A DNA stretch of 64,000 nt from an uncultured virus (IMG/VR IMGVR_UViG_3300021400_000104) (IMGVR_UViG_3300021400_000104); one strand, 5' to 3'; counted from the stretch's first letter, positions 10,803 through 21,586 are shown. Numbers and translations are program-made. The notes: a model not told the origin generated them from the letters alone.

Positions 10803-10807
10803 TAATT

Positions 10808-10837
10808 AGGCCGGCATTATGCCGGCCTTCTTATTTT
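10808..10837 (+). terminator. Intrinsic terminator
   Basis: AGGCCGGCAT-T-ATGCCGGCCT followed by TCTTATTTT. Confidence 0.7.
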
Positions 10838-10926
10838 ATATTAATCAGATGATTTTATTAAAATCATCTGATTTTTATAGAGTGATTTTATTTATTTTTC
10901 ACATAAAATTACCAGCAGTCAAAATC

Positions 10927-10955
10927 TTGACTTTCCTAAATTTTTGTGGTATACT
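10927..10955 (+). promoter_or_regulatory. Sigma-A-type promoter of the nrdH-nrdD region
   Basis: TTGACT-N17-TATACT with extended TG. Confidence 0.75.
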
Positions 10956-10977
10956 TAAAATAGTAAAATAAAAAGGA

Positions 10978-11205
10978 GTGATTAAGATGAATAAGCCAGT
11001 ATTATATTCAACAGGTTGTCCAAAATGTAAAGTATTAGCAAAAAAGTTAGAAATGGCAAATATCGTTTATGAAATTAAGGATGATTTAGATTCTATTACA
11101 ACTCTTTGTGATTTTTTAGGAGCTACATCTTTGCCAATTTTAGAAGTCAATGGTACATACTTAAATTTTGGGGAAGCAATTAAATGGGTAGGTGAACAAA
11201 ATTAA
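10978..11205 (+). CDS. Glutaredoxin/NrdH-like redoxin
   Basis: YSTGCPKC and a cis-Pro SLP motif; directly upstream of nrdD. Start could be ATG 10987. Confidence 0.85.
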   Translation: MIKMNKPVLYSTGCPKCKVLAKKLEMANIVYEIKDDLDSITTLCDFLGATSLPILEVNGTYLNFGEAIKWVGEQN

Positions 11206-13142
11206 TGTAGATAAATGTAAAATTTGGAAAAAATTTTTAGACTCAACTAAATAGAATGTTAAATGATTATGGAACAGAATTAGCTACATTAAATGGTTTG
11301 GGCGATGAATAGCTCTCTTATGGAGATTTTATTGATAATTTTATTGACGAAAGCGTTGTTGCAGATGCAAGTATTGATTCTAATGCAAATGTACGTCGCA
11401 AGGACGTTGTAACTCTTCTCACTGAAATGCCTAAGCCACATAGAAAATTAATGGCTTTTAATAAAATTTATTATGAATTTTAGAAGGCTTATGGTTTTAA
11501 AGCTGCAAATGATTGGTTAAAACGCGAATGGGTAGGTGAATTATATCTACATGATGCAGATACTTCAACTTTTAAGTCATATTGTTTTGCCTATGATTTA
11601 AAAGACTTAGCAGAAAAAGGACTTTACTTCCTTGGGGATAACTTCAATCCAAAGCCTCCTAAGCATTTGACAACTTTTATTGACTTTGTGAAAGAATTTA
11701 TTAATTTTGCTAGTAATCGTACTTCAGGTGCAGTCGGATTACCTAATCTAATTCCTTATATGTATTATTTCTGGAAGCAGGACGTAGAAAATAATTATTT
11801 AGGAATTCAAGATGGAGAGTCTTATGCAAGACAAAATATTTAGCGCTTTATCTATGCGGTTAACCAACCTTGCGTAAGAGACGGATAGCAATCTGCTTTT
11901 ACTAACACTTCTGTTTTTGATAGAGAGTATTTAATGGCATTATTTGGTGGAGCAGAATTCCCAAATGGAGAATTTATGGTCGATCATATTGAAGGAATTA
12001 TGGATTTCCAGAAGCTATATATGGAAGTAATGGCAAATGTAAGAAAAGAAAATATGTTTACTTTTCCTGTTTCTACAATTTCTATGATTAGAAAAGATGG
12101 AAAATTTGTTGATGAAGAGTTCTCTAATTGGGCGATTGCTCATAATATGTAGTGGTCTGATTCTAATCTTTTCATTGATGATAATGTTTCAAGTCTCTCT
12201 AATTGTTGCCGCCTCAAGAGTGATATTAAGGACCTTGGCTATTTTAATTCTGTAGGCGGTACTGCACTTAAGGTCGGTTCTATTAAGGTTAATACAGTAA
12301 ACTTTGCTCGTCTTGCTCTTGATACTAATAGCACAGAAGAGTTCTTTGCTGAACTTGGAGAAAGAACTTTGTGCGCGATTAGAGCACTTCATGTCGTTCG
12401 TCATATTATTAGAAGAAATGTAGAAAAAGGACTCCTTCCAAACTTTTCTTATGGCCTAATTGATTTCAAGTCTTGTTATAATACAATTGGCTTTATTGGA
12501 ATTTATGAAGCTCTTAAAAAGTTTGGTTTCACTTATCAGGATAAACTCGGTAATACCTATTATACTAAAGAAGGAGAAGACTTTGGTGAGCGTATCTTTA
12601 AGGTAATGAGAGAAGTAGCAGATAACTTCATTAAGGAAAATGAATGTGATTATATGATTAACACAGAATAGATTCCGGGTGAAAATGCTGCGGCAAAGCT
12701 CATGAGAAAAGATAAATTCTTCTATCCCGAAGCGAATATTTATGATTTACCGCTTTATGGTAATCAGTTTATGCCGCTTGGCGTTAAAGCAACTCTTTAG
12801 GAAAGAGTTCGTGTGCAGGCTCTGTTTGATAGCTTCTGTAATGGCGGCTCTATTCTTCATGCTAATATTGATGCTCCTTTCAAGAATTTTGAAACAGCAA
12901 AGAAAATGGTTGAATATATTGCCGACCAGGGCGTAACTTATTTTGCTTTCAATACAAAGATTTAGGCTTGCGAAGACAATCATGCTTTCTATGGTACGAC
13001 ATGCCCGATCTGTGGGAAGCCTATCGCGACTGAATATACAAGAATCGTTGGATTCCTTACTCCGATTAAAAGTTGGACAAAGGAAAGAAAAGCAGAGTAT
13101 AAAATGAGAAAATGGGAGAAAGTTAATAATGAATAGAATTGA
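11205..13142 (+). CDS. nrdD: Anaerobic (class III) ribonucleoside-triphosphate reductase, no ATP-cone
   Basis: LYLHD, YCFAY, QSAFTN, FTFPV, SNCCRL, E[Q]IPGE, C-terminal Zn site and the glycyl-radical loop RIVGF. 11 in-frame TAG by manual count, including codon 2. Confidence 0.93.
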
Positions 13143-13683
13143 TAGAGAAAATGAATATGGAATCAAGGAAGTCCCTGATGTTTTTATCTGTGATGAAAAT
13201 GGAGAAATCTTATATTATTCGAGAACATTAAAAAGAGTTGACTTTACTCCATTGTCTCCATTGTATGGGAAAGAGAAATGGCAATGCTCTATTATGGGAG
13301 CATTAGGAAACCTTGAAGATTGGTATCATATTCCATACGATGAAAGAATAAAGACTTTTTATTTTAGAACTTTTAAAAGGAATAGAGATACTGGAAAAGA
13401 TGAACCATTGTGTTTTGCAATTTCTCCTTTAGAGATTCTTATCCAACCATTTTCTCTTGTCGCGGATGGCGATCCATTTACTTTTCCAATCACTTTTTAT
13501 TTTCGTTCTCATAATCTTATTTGGATAGATAGTGAAAATTGTCCTAATTATGAAATTTCTTTCGAGGAATAGGAACTTCAATCTTATGCTAAAATTACTT
13601 TTTTAAAGCCAAAGAAAACTTTTTCAGAAATTAAAGTTAATAATTGCAAAGAGAGATTAAGAGAAATAAGAGGTAATAAATAA
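13129..13683 (+). CDS. Hypothetical protein
   Basis: Track ORF extended through TAG 13570 to TAA 13681-13683. Confidence 0.65.
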
Positions 13684-13712
13684 TTCTATTATCATCCGAT
13701 GATATTAAAAGA

Positions 13713-13901
13713 ATGAAAGAAATAAATAAAAAGTTACAAGGCAAGAGACTTGTAGGTGGACCAGTAGATGATATTGGTCCACTTGATATTACAATAGACA
13801 ACGCACTTTGTGATTATATAGAGCACAATGCTGAAGAAATATTAATAATTGTGCTTTCATTATTAAAAAGGAGAGAAGAAGATGATGATATACCCGTGTG
13901 A
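13713..13901 (+). CDS. Hypothetical protein
   Basis: Short track ORF in operon orientation. Confidence 0.4.
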   Translation: MKEINKKLQGKRLVGGPVDDIGPLDITIDNALCDYIEHNAEEILIIVLSLLKRREEDDDIPV

Positions 13902-14349
13902 TTATTAGGAATTTATGAATATTGTTTTTTCTTTTTACTATAATCCTATTCCAATATGGACTTAGGTTTTTGTAACTAAAAAGGAAGCTATGGAAAAATT
14001 AAGTAGTATAATTGCCGATTTAACCCGTTTGAAACCTGAAGTGTCTTCTTGCGATAATTCTCATTGCTTTAGAAGTCCTACTGGTGGACTTTTTGAAATT
14101 TATTGTAAAGACAGATACCAATTTTGTTGCGGCAAAAGGGCACATAATGTAATTGCTGATAGTGAGTACCCTTTAATAGATTTTTATGAAGTATTTATGC
14201 CAATGAGTAATTTAGGCTTTGGTTGTACTTACAGTATAAATTCTTATGATATTATTTAGCATTGGGATGAAGCTCATAAAAAAGGGAAAGAAGATATTGA
14301 TTACTGGAAAAAAGTGAGGGAAGAAGATGCTAATAAAGAACTTAATTGA
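13882..14349 (+). CDS. Hypothetical protein (TAG read-through)
   Basis: ATG at 13882 after AAGGAG; in frame with track ORF 13990-14259; TGA at 14347-14349. Confidence 0.6.
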
Positions 14350-14800
14350 CGAAGATTTTGTTAATTATAAAAAGCCTTCAATGTTTATTGGGATGCCTCA
14401 TTGTTCCTTTAAGTGCGATAAGGAATGTGGGCGGAATGTTTGTCAAAACTCTGAACTGACTTTGGCGCCTACGATTGAAATTGATGATGAAGAAATAATT
14501 CAAAGATATATTACTAATCCAATTACTGAAGCGATTGTCTTTGGCGGCTTAGAGCCTTTTGATGATTTTAATGACTTATTTGCTTTTATTGCTGATTTTC
14601 GTGATTGTAGTAAAGATGATATTATAATATATACAGGATATTATCCAGAAGAGGTTCCTTCATATTTAGATTTATTATCAGCTAATTATAAAAATATTAT
14701 AATTAAATTTGGACGTTTTATTCCAAACAAGCCTCATCGGTTTGATGAATTGCTTGGAGTTGAATTAAGTAGTAATAATTAGTGGAGTGAAAAATTATGA
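14327..14800 (+). CDS. nrdG: Anaerobic RNR activating radical-SAM protein
   Basis: CSFKCDKEC-type Cys cluster, GGLEPF, IYTGY, KFGRF and C-terminal SSNN[Q]; its TGA overlaps the next ATG. Confidence 0.88.
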
Positions 14801-15468
14801 TTAATAAAGATAAAATATATATTGTTTATGAACATATTTCCCCTTCTAATAAAAAATATATAGGAATTACTTGTCAAACTCCTGAATAGAGATGGCGAAA
14901 TGGAAATGGGTATAAATAGAGTACTGCTTTTTATAATGCAATTCAAAAATATGGTTGGGAAAATTTTTAGCATAATATTTTATTTGAAAATTTAACAGCA
15001 GAAGAAGCAATAGAAAAAGAGAAAGAACTCATTTAGAAATATAAGACTTTTGATAAAAATTATGGATATAATATCTTATCAGGAGGAGAATTAGGATCAT
15101 CTAAAATTAACTCAAATGATATTTATTCTTTATGGGACAAAGGGTTAACTGTAGCTGAAATTTCTAAAGAATTAAATTTTAATAGGAATACAATAGCTAA
15201 TTATATAAAGAAACACTATAATTTATCTCCACAAGAATTATTTAAAATTGGCAATGAACGATATAAAGAAAAAATTAGTAGAGAAAAAGAAAAAGTAATT
15301 TTATCTTTATGGCAAAATGAAGATTTGACTCAATAGGATATTCATAATATTACAGGATATAATATAAAAACAATAAGAAATATTTTAGAAAAAAATGGAA
15401 TAAATGAAAAAATACGCCGTTCCCGTTCTGCCACCATTAATAATAAAAAAATAATCAGTATGCAATGA
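14797..15468 (+). CDS. GIY-YIG homing endonuclease with C-terminal HTH repeats
   Basis: IVY-H...KKYIGIT, RWRNGNGY, AIQKYGWENF, E..LI and GYNILSGG motifs. Absent from the track because of TAG. Confidence 0.85.
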
Positions 15469-15486
15469 GATTGGAGGATATATTAA

Positions 15487-16446
15487 ATGACAGATTTAAT
15501 CATATTAGGTAATGGAATGGCAGGTATGACTGCTGCGCTTTATGCAAAACGTGCAAATCTTGACTTTAAAATCGTTGGTAAAGATGAATATGACTTTGGT
15601 CAAATTGGAAATGCTGTTCTTGTAGAAAACTATCCTTGCGCCAATAGTCAAACTGGTTTTGATTTGGCTATGAGTCTTCATAATCAACTTGAAGCTAATG
15701 ATATTAAAGTTGAAGAGCACGAAGTTATTTCTGTTGAGAAGGCTACTGGTCTTTTACCTTTGCCTTTTATTGTTGAATATGCAGATGGTACTGTGGATGA
15801 AGCAAAAAGTATTATTTATGCTCTTGGCGCGACCCCTTATAAACTAAAATGCGAAATAGAAACTGGAGTACCTATTCATTACTGCGCGGTTTGTGATGGA
15901 CCACTTTATAAAGATAAAACTGTTGCTATTATTGGCGGTGGCGATGTAGCATTTACCCAAGCAGAATATCTTTCTAAGATTTGTAAACAAGTATCTATTG
16001 TTATGTGTGATAGAAATGTAACCGCCGCGCCATCTACTTTTGAAAGAGTGTCTAAAATTAAAAATATAAGAATTATTTATGATTTTGTTATTAATGAAAT
16101 CGCAACAAATAAATTTTATATTGTTGATAATAATAATGAAGGACATAGGTTCATTATATCTCGTCAAGTTCCTGATGATGGAAAAGCCAGATTATTAGGT
16201 ATAAGTGCAGATGGAATTTTTGTTGCAATTGGAATGAAGCCTAATATTGCTCCTCTTGATATTTTCTTGGACTGTTGGGATGAAAAAGGACATATAATTA
16301 CGGATAATGAATGTGGAACAAAATATCCTGGCCTATTTGCTGCTGGAGATATAAGATAGAAACAAGTTAGACAGGCGATAACAGCTGCTGCTGATGGAGC
16401 AATTGCTGTTCAAGGAGTTATTAATTACTTAAAAAGTCAAGATTAA
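15487..16446 (+). CDS. trxB: Thioredoxin reductase
   Basis: GNGMAG, CAVCDG, GGGDVA and GDIR[Q]KQVRQAITAAADG motifs; single TAG at 16357. Confidence 0.92.
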
Positions 16447-16450
16447 ATTC

Positions 16451-16479
16451 TTGACTTTTTTTCCATTTTATGATATAAT
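16451..16479 (+). promoter_or_regulatory. Sigma-A-type promoter
   Basis: TTGACT-N17-TATAAT with extended TG. Confidence 0.8.
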
Positions 16480-16501
16480 AAATAAAAGTGAGGTGAAAAT
16501 A

Positions 16502-18364
16502 ATGGAGAATAATTATGGTATTGAAAATATTGAGCATCTTGAAACAAGAGAGGCAATGCGTACTCGTATTCAAATGTATCTTGGTTCAGATGATACCGAG
16601 GGAATTTATCAAGCTCTTAAAGAAATTATAAATAACTCAACCGATGAGGCTCTTGCTGGTTATGGAGATAAAATTTGTATTCTTCTTGATGAAGAAAGCA
16701 ATACTGTAACAATAAGAGATTTTGGTCGAGGAGTCCCTTTTGGAATAAAAGATGGTAGAAATATTCTCGTGGCAATTTATACTGAAAGTCATACTGGCGG
16801 TAAGTTCGATAAGAATGCTTATAAGAATAGTTCTGGTCTTAATGGTATCGGAGGTACTGCAGTTTGTATGTCTTCTTATAAATTTCTTGTTAAATCTGAG
16901 CGCGATGGAAAAGCGGCAATGGCAGCTTTTGAGCAAGGGATTCTTAAAGATTACAAAGAAGTTGAGTATACCGGAATAACAACTGGCACTACAATAACTT
17001 TCCGTCCAGATGAGGAAGTCTTTATTAATGCAACTGAAGGCTTTTCTTATGATAGAATTTGTGAAGAAATTAAAAATATTTCTTACTTGAATAAAAGAAT
17101 TCATTTTATTGTCGAAACCACTTCTGGGAAAAAGCAAGAATATTATTCTGAAAATGGTATTGCAGATTTTATTACAGATAATGTAAAAGACCCACTAATG
17201 AATGCCCCAATTATTGTAACAAAGAAAGATGACGTAGACGAAATTGAAATTGCTTTCATGTGGACTGGTGGAAGTGAAAGGTCTTACGTTTTTGTAAATG
17301 GACTTTATTGCCCAGAAGGCGGTGTTCCGATTACAGGAGCTAAAACGGCAATTACAACAAGTATGAAACGTTTAAGCGGTCAAGATTTTGACCCCGACCT
17401 TATTAGAAAAGGTCTCGTTTATGCTATTAATTGTAGAGTTGCAAATCCATCTTTTGCAAATCAAACTAAGAGCAAGATTAACAATCCAAATTTGAGGACA
17501 TTAGTCTCTGCTGCTTTTAAGGAAGGACTTGAAGACTTCTCTCATACTCCAGACTTTGCAGCAATTGTAGAAATGATGAAGCGTTTTCAAAAAGCTGAAA
17601 AAGCAGCAGACAAGGCTCGTCAGGATGCTCTTAATCGTCAGAAGAAAATGAGTGAATTAAGAAGTAAAAAGATTGCCTTTATTGATAAGTTATCCGATGC
17701 AGAAATTCTCGGAGAAGATTCCATCTTGTGCGTTGTAGAGGGAGATTCTGCAGGTAATGCTGCCGCGGCAGGTAGAGATGCAAAGAAATATGGTATCGTT
17801 AGACTTCGTGGTAAGATGATTAATGGACTTAAGGAAGATGATGATAAAAAGTTCTACGAGAATAATGAAATTGAACTTCTTCTCTATGCGCTCGGTATCG
17901 ATCCAGATAGACCTGATCCTAAGAAATTAAGATATGGTAAAATTGCAATTTGTGTCGATGCGGATGATGATGGACACCATATTGCACTACTCATTCTCGC
18001 AAATCTTCATAGAATTTGTCCATGGTTCTTAAAAGAAAATAGAGTTTTCTGGCTACGTTCTCCTTTGTTTATTGAGCAGGATAAGAATGGTAATCCTTTA
18101 AGCTGTTATTATTCTGATGACGAATTTGACAAGGTAAGAGGAACTTTAAAGGGATATATTAAGCGTGTAAAAGGACTCGGACAGCTTAATGAGCGCGACC
18201 TTAAGGCAACTATGTTCTCAACAACTGGTAATCAGAGAATGGATCAGATTATCTATTCTGAAGAGGGCATCGAGCAGCTTTGTCAGTTAATGGGTGTTGA
18301 TATAAAACCAAGAAAAGATTTTGTATTTTCTCAGATTGACTTTTCAAAATTTGGAGCTACTTAA
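16502..18364 (+). CDS. gyrB: Type IIA topoisomerase B subunit (GyrB/ParE-like)
   Basis: EIINNSTDE, DFGRGVP, HTGGKF, GLNGIG, EGDSA, LRGK, DADDDG and KGLG motifs. Likely start ATG 16502 after GAGGTGA; TAG-free. Confidence 0.92.
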   Translation: MENNYGIENIEHLETREAMRTRIQMYLGSDDTEGIYQALKEIINNSTDEALAGYGDKICILLDEESNTVTIRDFGRGVPFGIKDGRNILVAIYTESHTGGKFDKNAYKNSSGLNGIGGTAVCMSSYKFLVKSERDGKAAMAAFEQGILKDYKEVEYTGITTGTTITFRPDEEVFINATEGFSYDRICEEIKNISYLNKRIHFIVETTSGKKQEYYSENGIADFITDNVKDPLMNAPIIVTKKDDVDEIEIAFMWTGGSERSYVFVNGLYCPEGGVPITGAKTAITTSMKRLSGQDFDPDLIRKGLVYAINCRVANPSFANQTKSKINNPNLRTLVSAAFKEGLEDFSHTPDFAAIVEMMKRFQKAEKAADKARQDALNRQKKMSELRSKKIAFIDKLSDAEILGEDSILCVVEGDSAGNAAAAGRDAKKYGIVRLRGKMINGLKEDDDKKFYENNEIELLLYALGIDPDRPDPKKLRYGKIAICVDADDDGHHIALLILANLHRICPWFLKENRVFWLRSPLFIEQDKNGNPLSCYYSDDEFDKVRGTLKGYIKRVKGLGQLNERDLKATMFSTTGNQRMDQIIYSEEGIEQLCQLMGVDIKPRKDFVFSQIDFSKFGAT

Positions 18365-18393
18365 TTGACTTTTTAAATAAAAAATGATATACT
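18365..18393 (+). promoter_or_regulatory. Sigma-A-type promoter
   Basis: TTGACT-N17-TATACT with extended TG. Confidence 0.75.
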
Positions 18394-18420
18394 AATTATA
18401 GATTAAAAGAGGTGAGAAAT

Positions 18421-20790
18421 ATGAATATTGACCTTTTGAGTGTCGTAAATGAAAGTTTCGGTATTTATGCCGGAATGACAATTGAAGATAGAGCTATTGT
18501 TGATGCGCGGGACTGTATGAAGCCTGCCGCGCGTCAATGTATGTATGCTCAGATTCTCGAAAAGATTACTTATAAAAAGCCATTTAAGAAATCTCATAAG
18601 TCAGTCGCGGCGGCAATGGATCATTTCTATGTTCATGGTGATCAGGCCTGCTATGACCTTTTAGTAAGAATGGCACAGCCATTTAGCTTAAGGTATCTAC
18701 TTGAGGACTTTGACGGACAGTGCGGTCATGTTACCAATGGTAAAGCGTCTGCAGCCCGTTATACAGAAATGAGAGTAGGAGAACTTGGGTGTCTGCTTTT
18801 CGAAGGCGTTGACAAACATTGTATTGATGAATGGTATGATAACTATGATGATACAGAGCAGTTTCCCGGAGTAACTCCATCGCTTGGTTTTTATAATATT
18901 TGTAACGGTACGACCGGTATTGCGACTGGTCTTGCAAGTTCTATTCCTCAGTTTAACTTAACTGAAGTTAATGAAGCTATGATTAAACTACTTTGGAATA
19001 GAGATGCTGACTATGACGAAATCTATTGTCCGCCAGATTTTTGTACTGGAGGAACAATTCTTAATGCGTCTGTAGTTAAGGAACTTTTAAAGGTTGGTCG
19101 CGGCGGGTCTATTAGACTTCGTAGTACAGCAACCTATGACGAAAAGGATAATTCAGTTATCTTTACAGAAATCCCATATGGTGTTCATGTAGGGAAAATC
19201 ATGGAACAAATTGAAAGCCTAATAAATAGCGGAGAGCTATTGGGTATTGCAAGAGTTCTTGACCAATCAACAGCGAAATCTCAATTGAAGATTGAGCTTG
19301 AAAAGAATACAAATCCTTCTCGTCTAATTAAACAATTATTTAAGCTGACTTCTTTGGAAGAAAGTTTTACAATTAATATGGTAATGCTTGAAAATGGGCG
19401 CTTCCCTCGTGTTTATGGCTGGAGAGATGCCCTCTTAGCTCATATTGACCATGAGATTAATTGTAAGAAAAAAATGTATCAATGGGATTTGGATAAGATT
19501 GCCGCGAGAGTTAATATCATTGACGGTCTTCTTATTGCAATTGCTAATATTGATGATGTTGTTGAAATTATTAAGACAGCAGATAATAAAGCGGATGCAA
19601 AAGAGAAGTTGACTTCAAGGTATGGTTTTAATGAAGAGCAGTCTGATGCAATCTTAAAAATGCCTTTGAGCAGGTTAATCGGATTAGAGATTCAATCTTT
19701 AAAAGATGAAAAAGAAAAAATTCTTGGTGAAGCGGAACAGATTAAAAAGATTCTTAATGATAATTCTCTTCTTTATAAAGAAATTGAAGAAGGAATGCGA
19801 AAAGTCATAAAGAAGTTTGGAGATGAAAGAAGAACTCGTTTAATAGATTTGGATTTTAAAGGAGAAGCAGAGGATGCTGAGCCTATTGAGAAAAAGGAAC
19901 TTCTTATCTATTATACAAATCTTGGTAATATTTATACTCAAGAATCAACAACTTTAGTAAAAACAAAGCGTGGTGGCAAGGGAACTAAGATTAAACTCGC
20001 CGATAATGAAGCTATTATAAAAACTATTAGTGATAATAACTTTAGTTCTTTACTTATCTTTTCTAATAAAGGACAAATGTATCATCTTTCAATTGATGAT
20101 TTATCTGTTAATGCAAAGGTGAATGTAGCTCAGCTATTTGATTTTGAACGTGGAGAAAAGATTACCACTATTACCTCAATTAATCGAAGAACAGAAGTCA
20201 AATACTTTATTTTTATTACAAAAAATGGTATAATAAAGAAAACAATGGCAGAAGAATATGACCACAAGCGAGGTAAATCACTTAAGGCTATTAACCTTAA
20301 AGACGGCGATGAAGTTGTGAACGTTCTCTTTATGAATGATGAAAAAGTTGGTATATTGACTTACGATGGAAATTATGTTATAATTAATACTGATGATATA
20401 AGAGCAATTGGTCGTGCTGCGGCAGGCCAAAAAGCGATTAAATTGTCTGATAATAATTATGTAATTGATGCTAGAGTTATTAAACCAACCGACAAATATA
20501 TGATCACACTATCTGAACGAGGTCTAATCAAAAAAACAACGCTTGAAGAATTTCCTGTTTGCAATCGTGGCATTAAGGGGAAATTAATTTCAGGAACTCG
20601 TGATGGAGATAGAATAGTGAAATATTTGACTTTAGATGCAGATTGTGATATAATTATTATAGTAAAGCGAAAGAGCATTAAAATTTCAACATCAGAATTA
20701 AGAGTACTTTCTCGTTTTGCAACAGGAGTAAAAGCTATTGATATAGCTGAAACAGATACTGCATCTGATTTAATCAGGAGTTGTGATTAA
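18421..20790 (+). CDS. gyrA: Type IIA topoisomerase A subunit (GyrA-like, with beta-pinwheel CTD)
   Basis: DCMKPAAR, HGD, catalytic AARYTE, GIATG, TEIPY and GyrA-box-like KRGGKG; ATG at 18421 after GAGGTGA; TAG-free. Confidence 0.92.
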   Translation: MNIDLLSVVNESFGIYAGMTIEDRAIVDARDCMKPAARQCMYAQILEKITYKKPFKKSHKSVAAAMDHFYVHGDQACYDLLVRMAQPFSLRYLLEDFDGQCGHVTNGKASAARYTEMRVGELGCLLFEGVDKHCIDEWYDNYDDTEQFPGVTPSLGFYNICNGTTGIATGLASSIPQFNLTEVNEAMIKLLWNRDADYDEIYCPPDFCTGGTILNASVVKELLKVGRGGSIRLRSTATYDEKDNSVIFTEIPYGVHVGKIMEQIESLINSGELLGIARVLDQSTAKSQLKIELEKNTNPSRLIKQLFKLTSLEESFTINMVMLENGRFPRVYGWRDALLAHIDHEINCKKKMYQWDLDKIAARVNIIDGLLIAIANIDDVVEIIKTADNKADAKEKLTSRYGFNEEQSDAILKMPLSRLIGLEIQSLKDEKEKILGEAEQIKKILNDNSLLYKEIEEGMRKVIKKFGDERRTRLIDLDFKGEAEDAEPIEKKELLIYYTNLGNIYTQESTTLVKTKRGGKGTKIKLADNEAIIKTISDNNFSSLLIFSNKGQMYHLSIDDLSVNAKVNVAQLFDFERGEKITTITSINRRTEVKYFIFITKNGIIKKTMAEEYDHKRGKSLKAINLKDGDEVVNVLFMNDEKVGILTYDGNYVIINTDDIRAIGRAAAGQKAIKLSDNNYVIDARVIKPTDKYMITLSERGLIKKTTLEEFPVCNRGIKGKLISGTRDGDRIVKYLTLDADCDIIIIVKRKSIKISTSELRVLSRFATGVKAIDIAETDTASDLIRSCD

Positions 20791-21191
20791 TGGTTCAAGA
20801 TGAAAAAAATTAGTTAATTAAGGATAATAAAGATGCCGCAATCGCGGCTCTTAATTCAGTCCTTGATAATATATATGAGCTAAATGAAAAATTTTTTGAT
20901 GAAAATGGTTAGCTTATTCCAGATTTAACATATGATGAAAAGGCAAAAGATTTTATTATTGAAATTAGGAAAGATGCTCCTAAATATGAAAAACTTAGAC
21001 GAAAAATGATTGATGGTGACTTTAATTTGTCTCTCGCTGAAACAGCGAGAATAGGTTTAGCTTTTATGTATATGCATCTTACTATTGAAAAATAGATAAA
21101 TCTATTAACTCAAGTAAATCAGAAATCAAAAGATATTATGTCAAAGTTAATAAATTCAGATAATGAAACAATTGACTTTTCTCAAGAATAA
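20790..21191 (+). CDS. Hypothetical protein (TAG read-through)
   Basis: ATG overlaps the gyrA TAA; open to TAA 21189-21191 if TAG is sense. Confidence 0.65.
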
Positions 21192-21200
21192 TGATATAAT
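21172..21200 (+). promoter_or_regulatory. Sigma-A-type promoter
   Basis: TTGACT-N17-TATAAT with extended TG. Confidence 0.8.
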
Positions 21201-21292
21201 AAATATGTAAAATAAATAGCACAATGCGGAAACCCCGCCTGCTATTTTATTATATAATTTTAATTTTACTAATATTTAAGGAGTGATTTTTA

Positions 21293-21586
21293 ATGGCAAA
21301 GACTAAGATGACTGAGGGTTCAAGAAAGGTATTTGAGTATTTGAAGGCAGCAGGTGCTGGAGTAAAGTTTACTACTAAGTAGGTGTAGGAGGCTCTTGGA
21401 TTTGACAAGGCAGGTTCTGTAACTGGTTCTGTAACTGGACTTTGCAAGAAGGGCTATGCTGAGCGCTTTACCGAGACTGAGGAGTATGTAACTGAGAAGG
21501 GTGAGACTAAGACCAGAGAGGTTAAGTATTTTGCTCTTACTGAGGCCGGTGCTAATTTTGATCCTGACGCTGAGGTAGAGGAGTAA
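21293..21586 (+). CDS. Small winged-helix-like DNA-binding protein
   Basis: MAKTKMTEGSRKVFEYLK...EALG...SVTGSVTGLCKKG...YFALTEAG fits a wHTH pattern; AAGGAG RBS; two TAG. Confidence 0.65.

Noticed and set aside
16451..16501. TTG start for gyrB given in the track
   Set aside because: That TTG is the -35 box of the promoter; ATG 16502 has the RBS.
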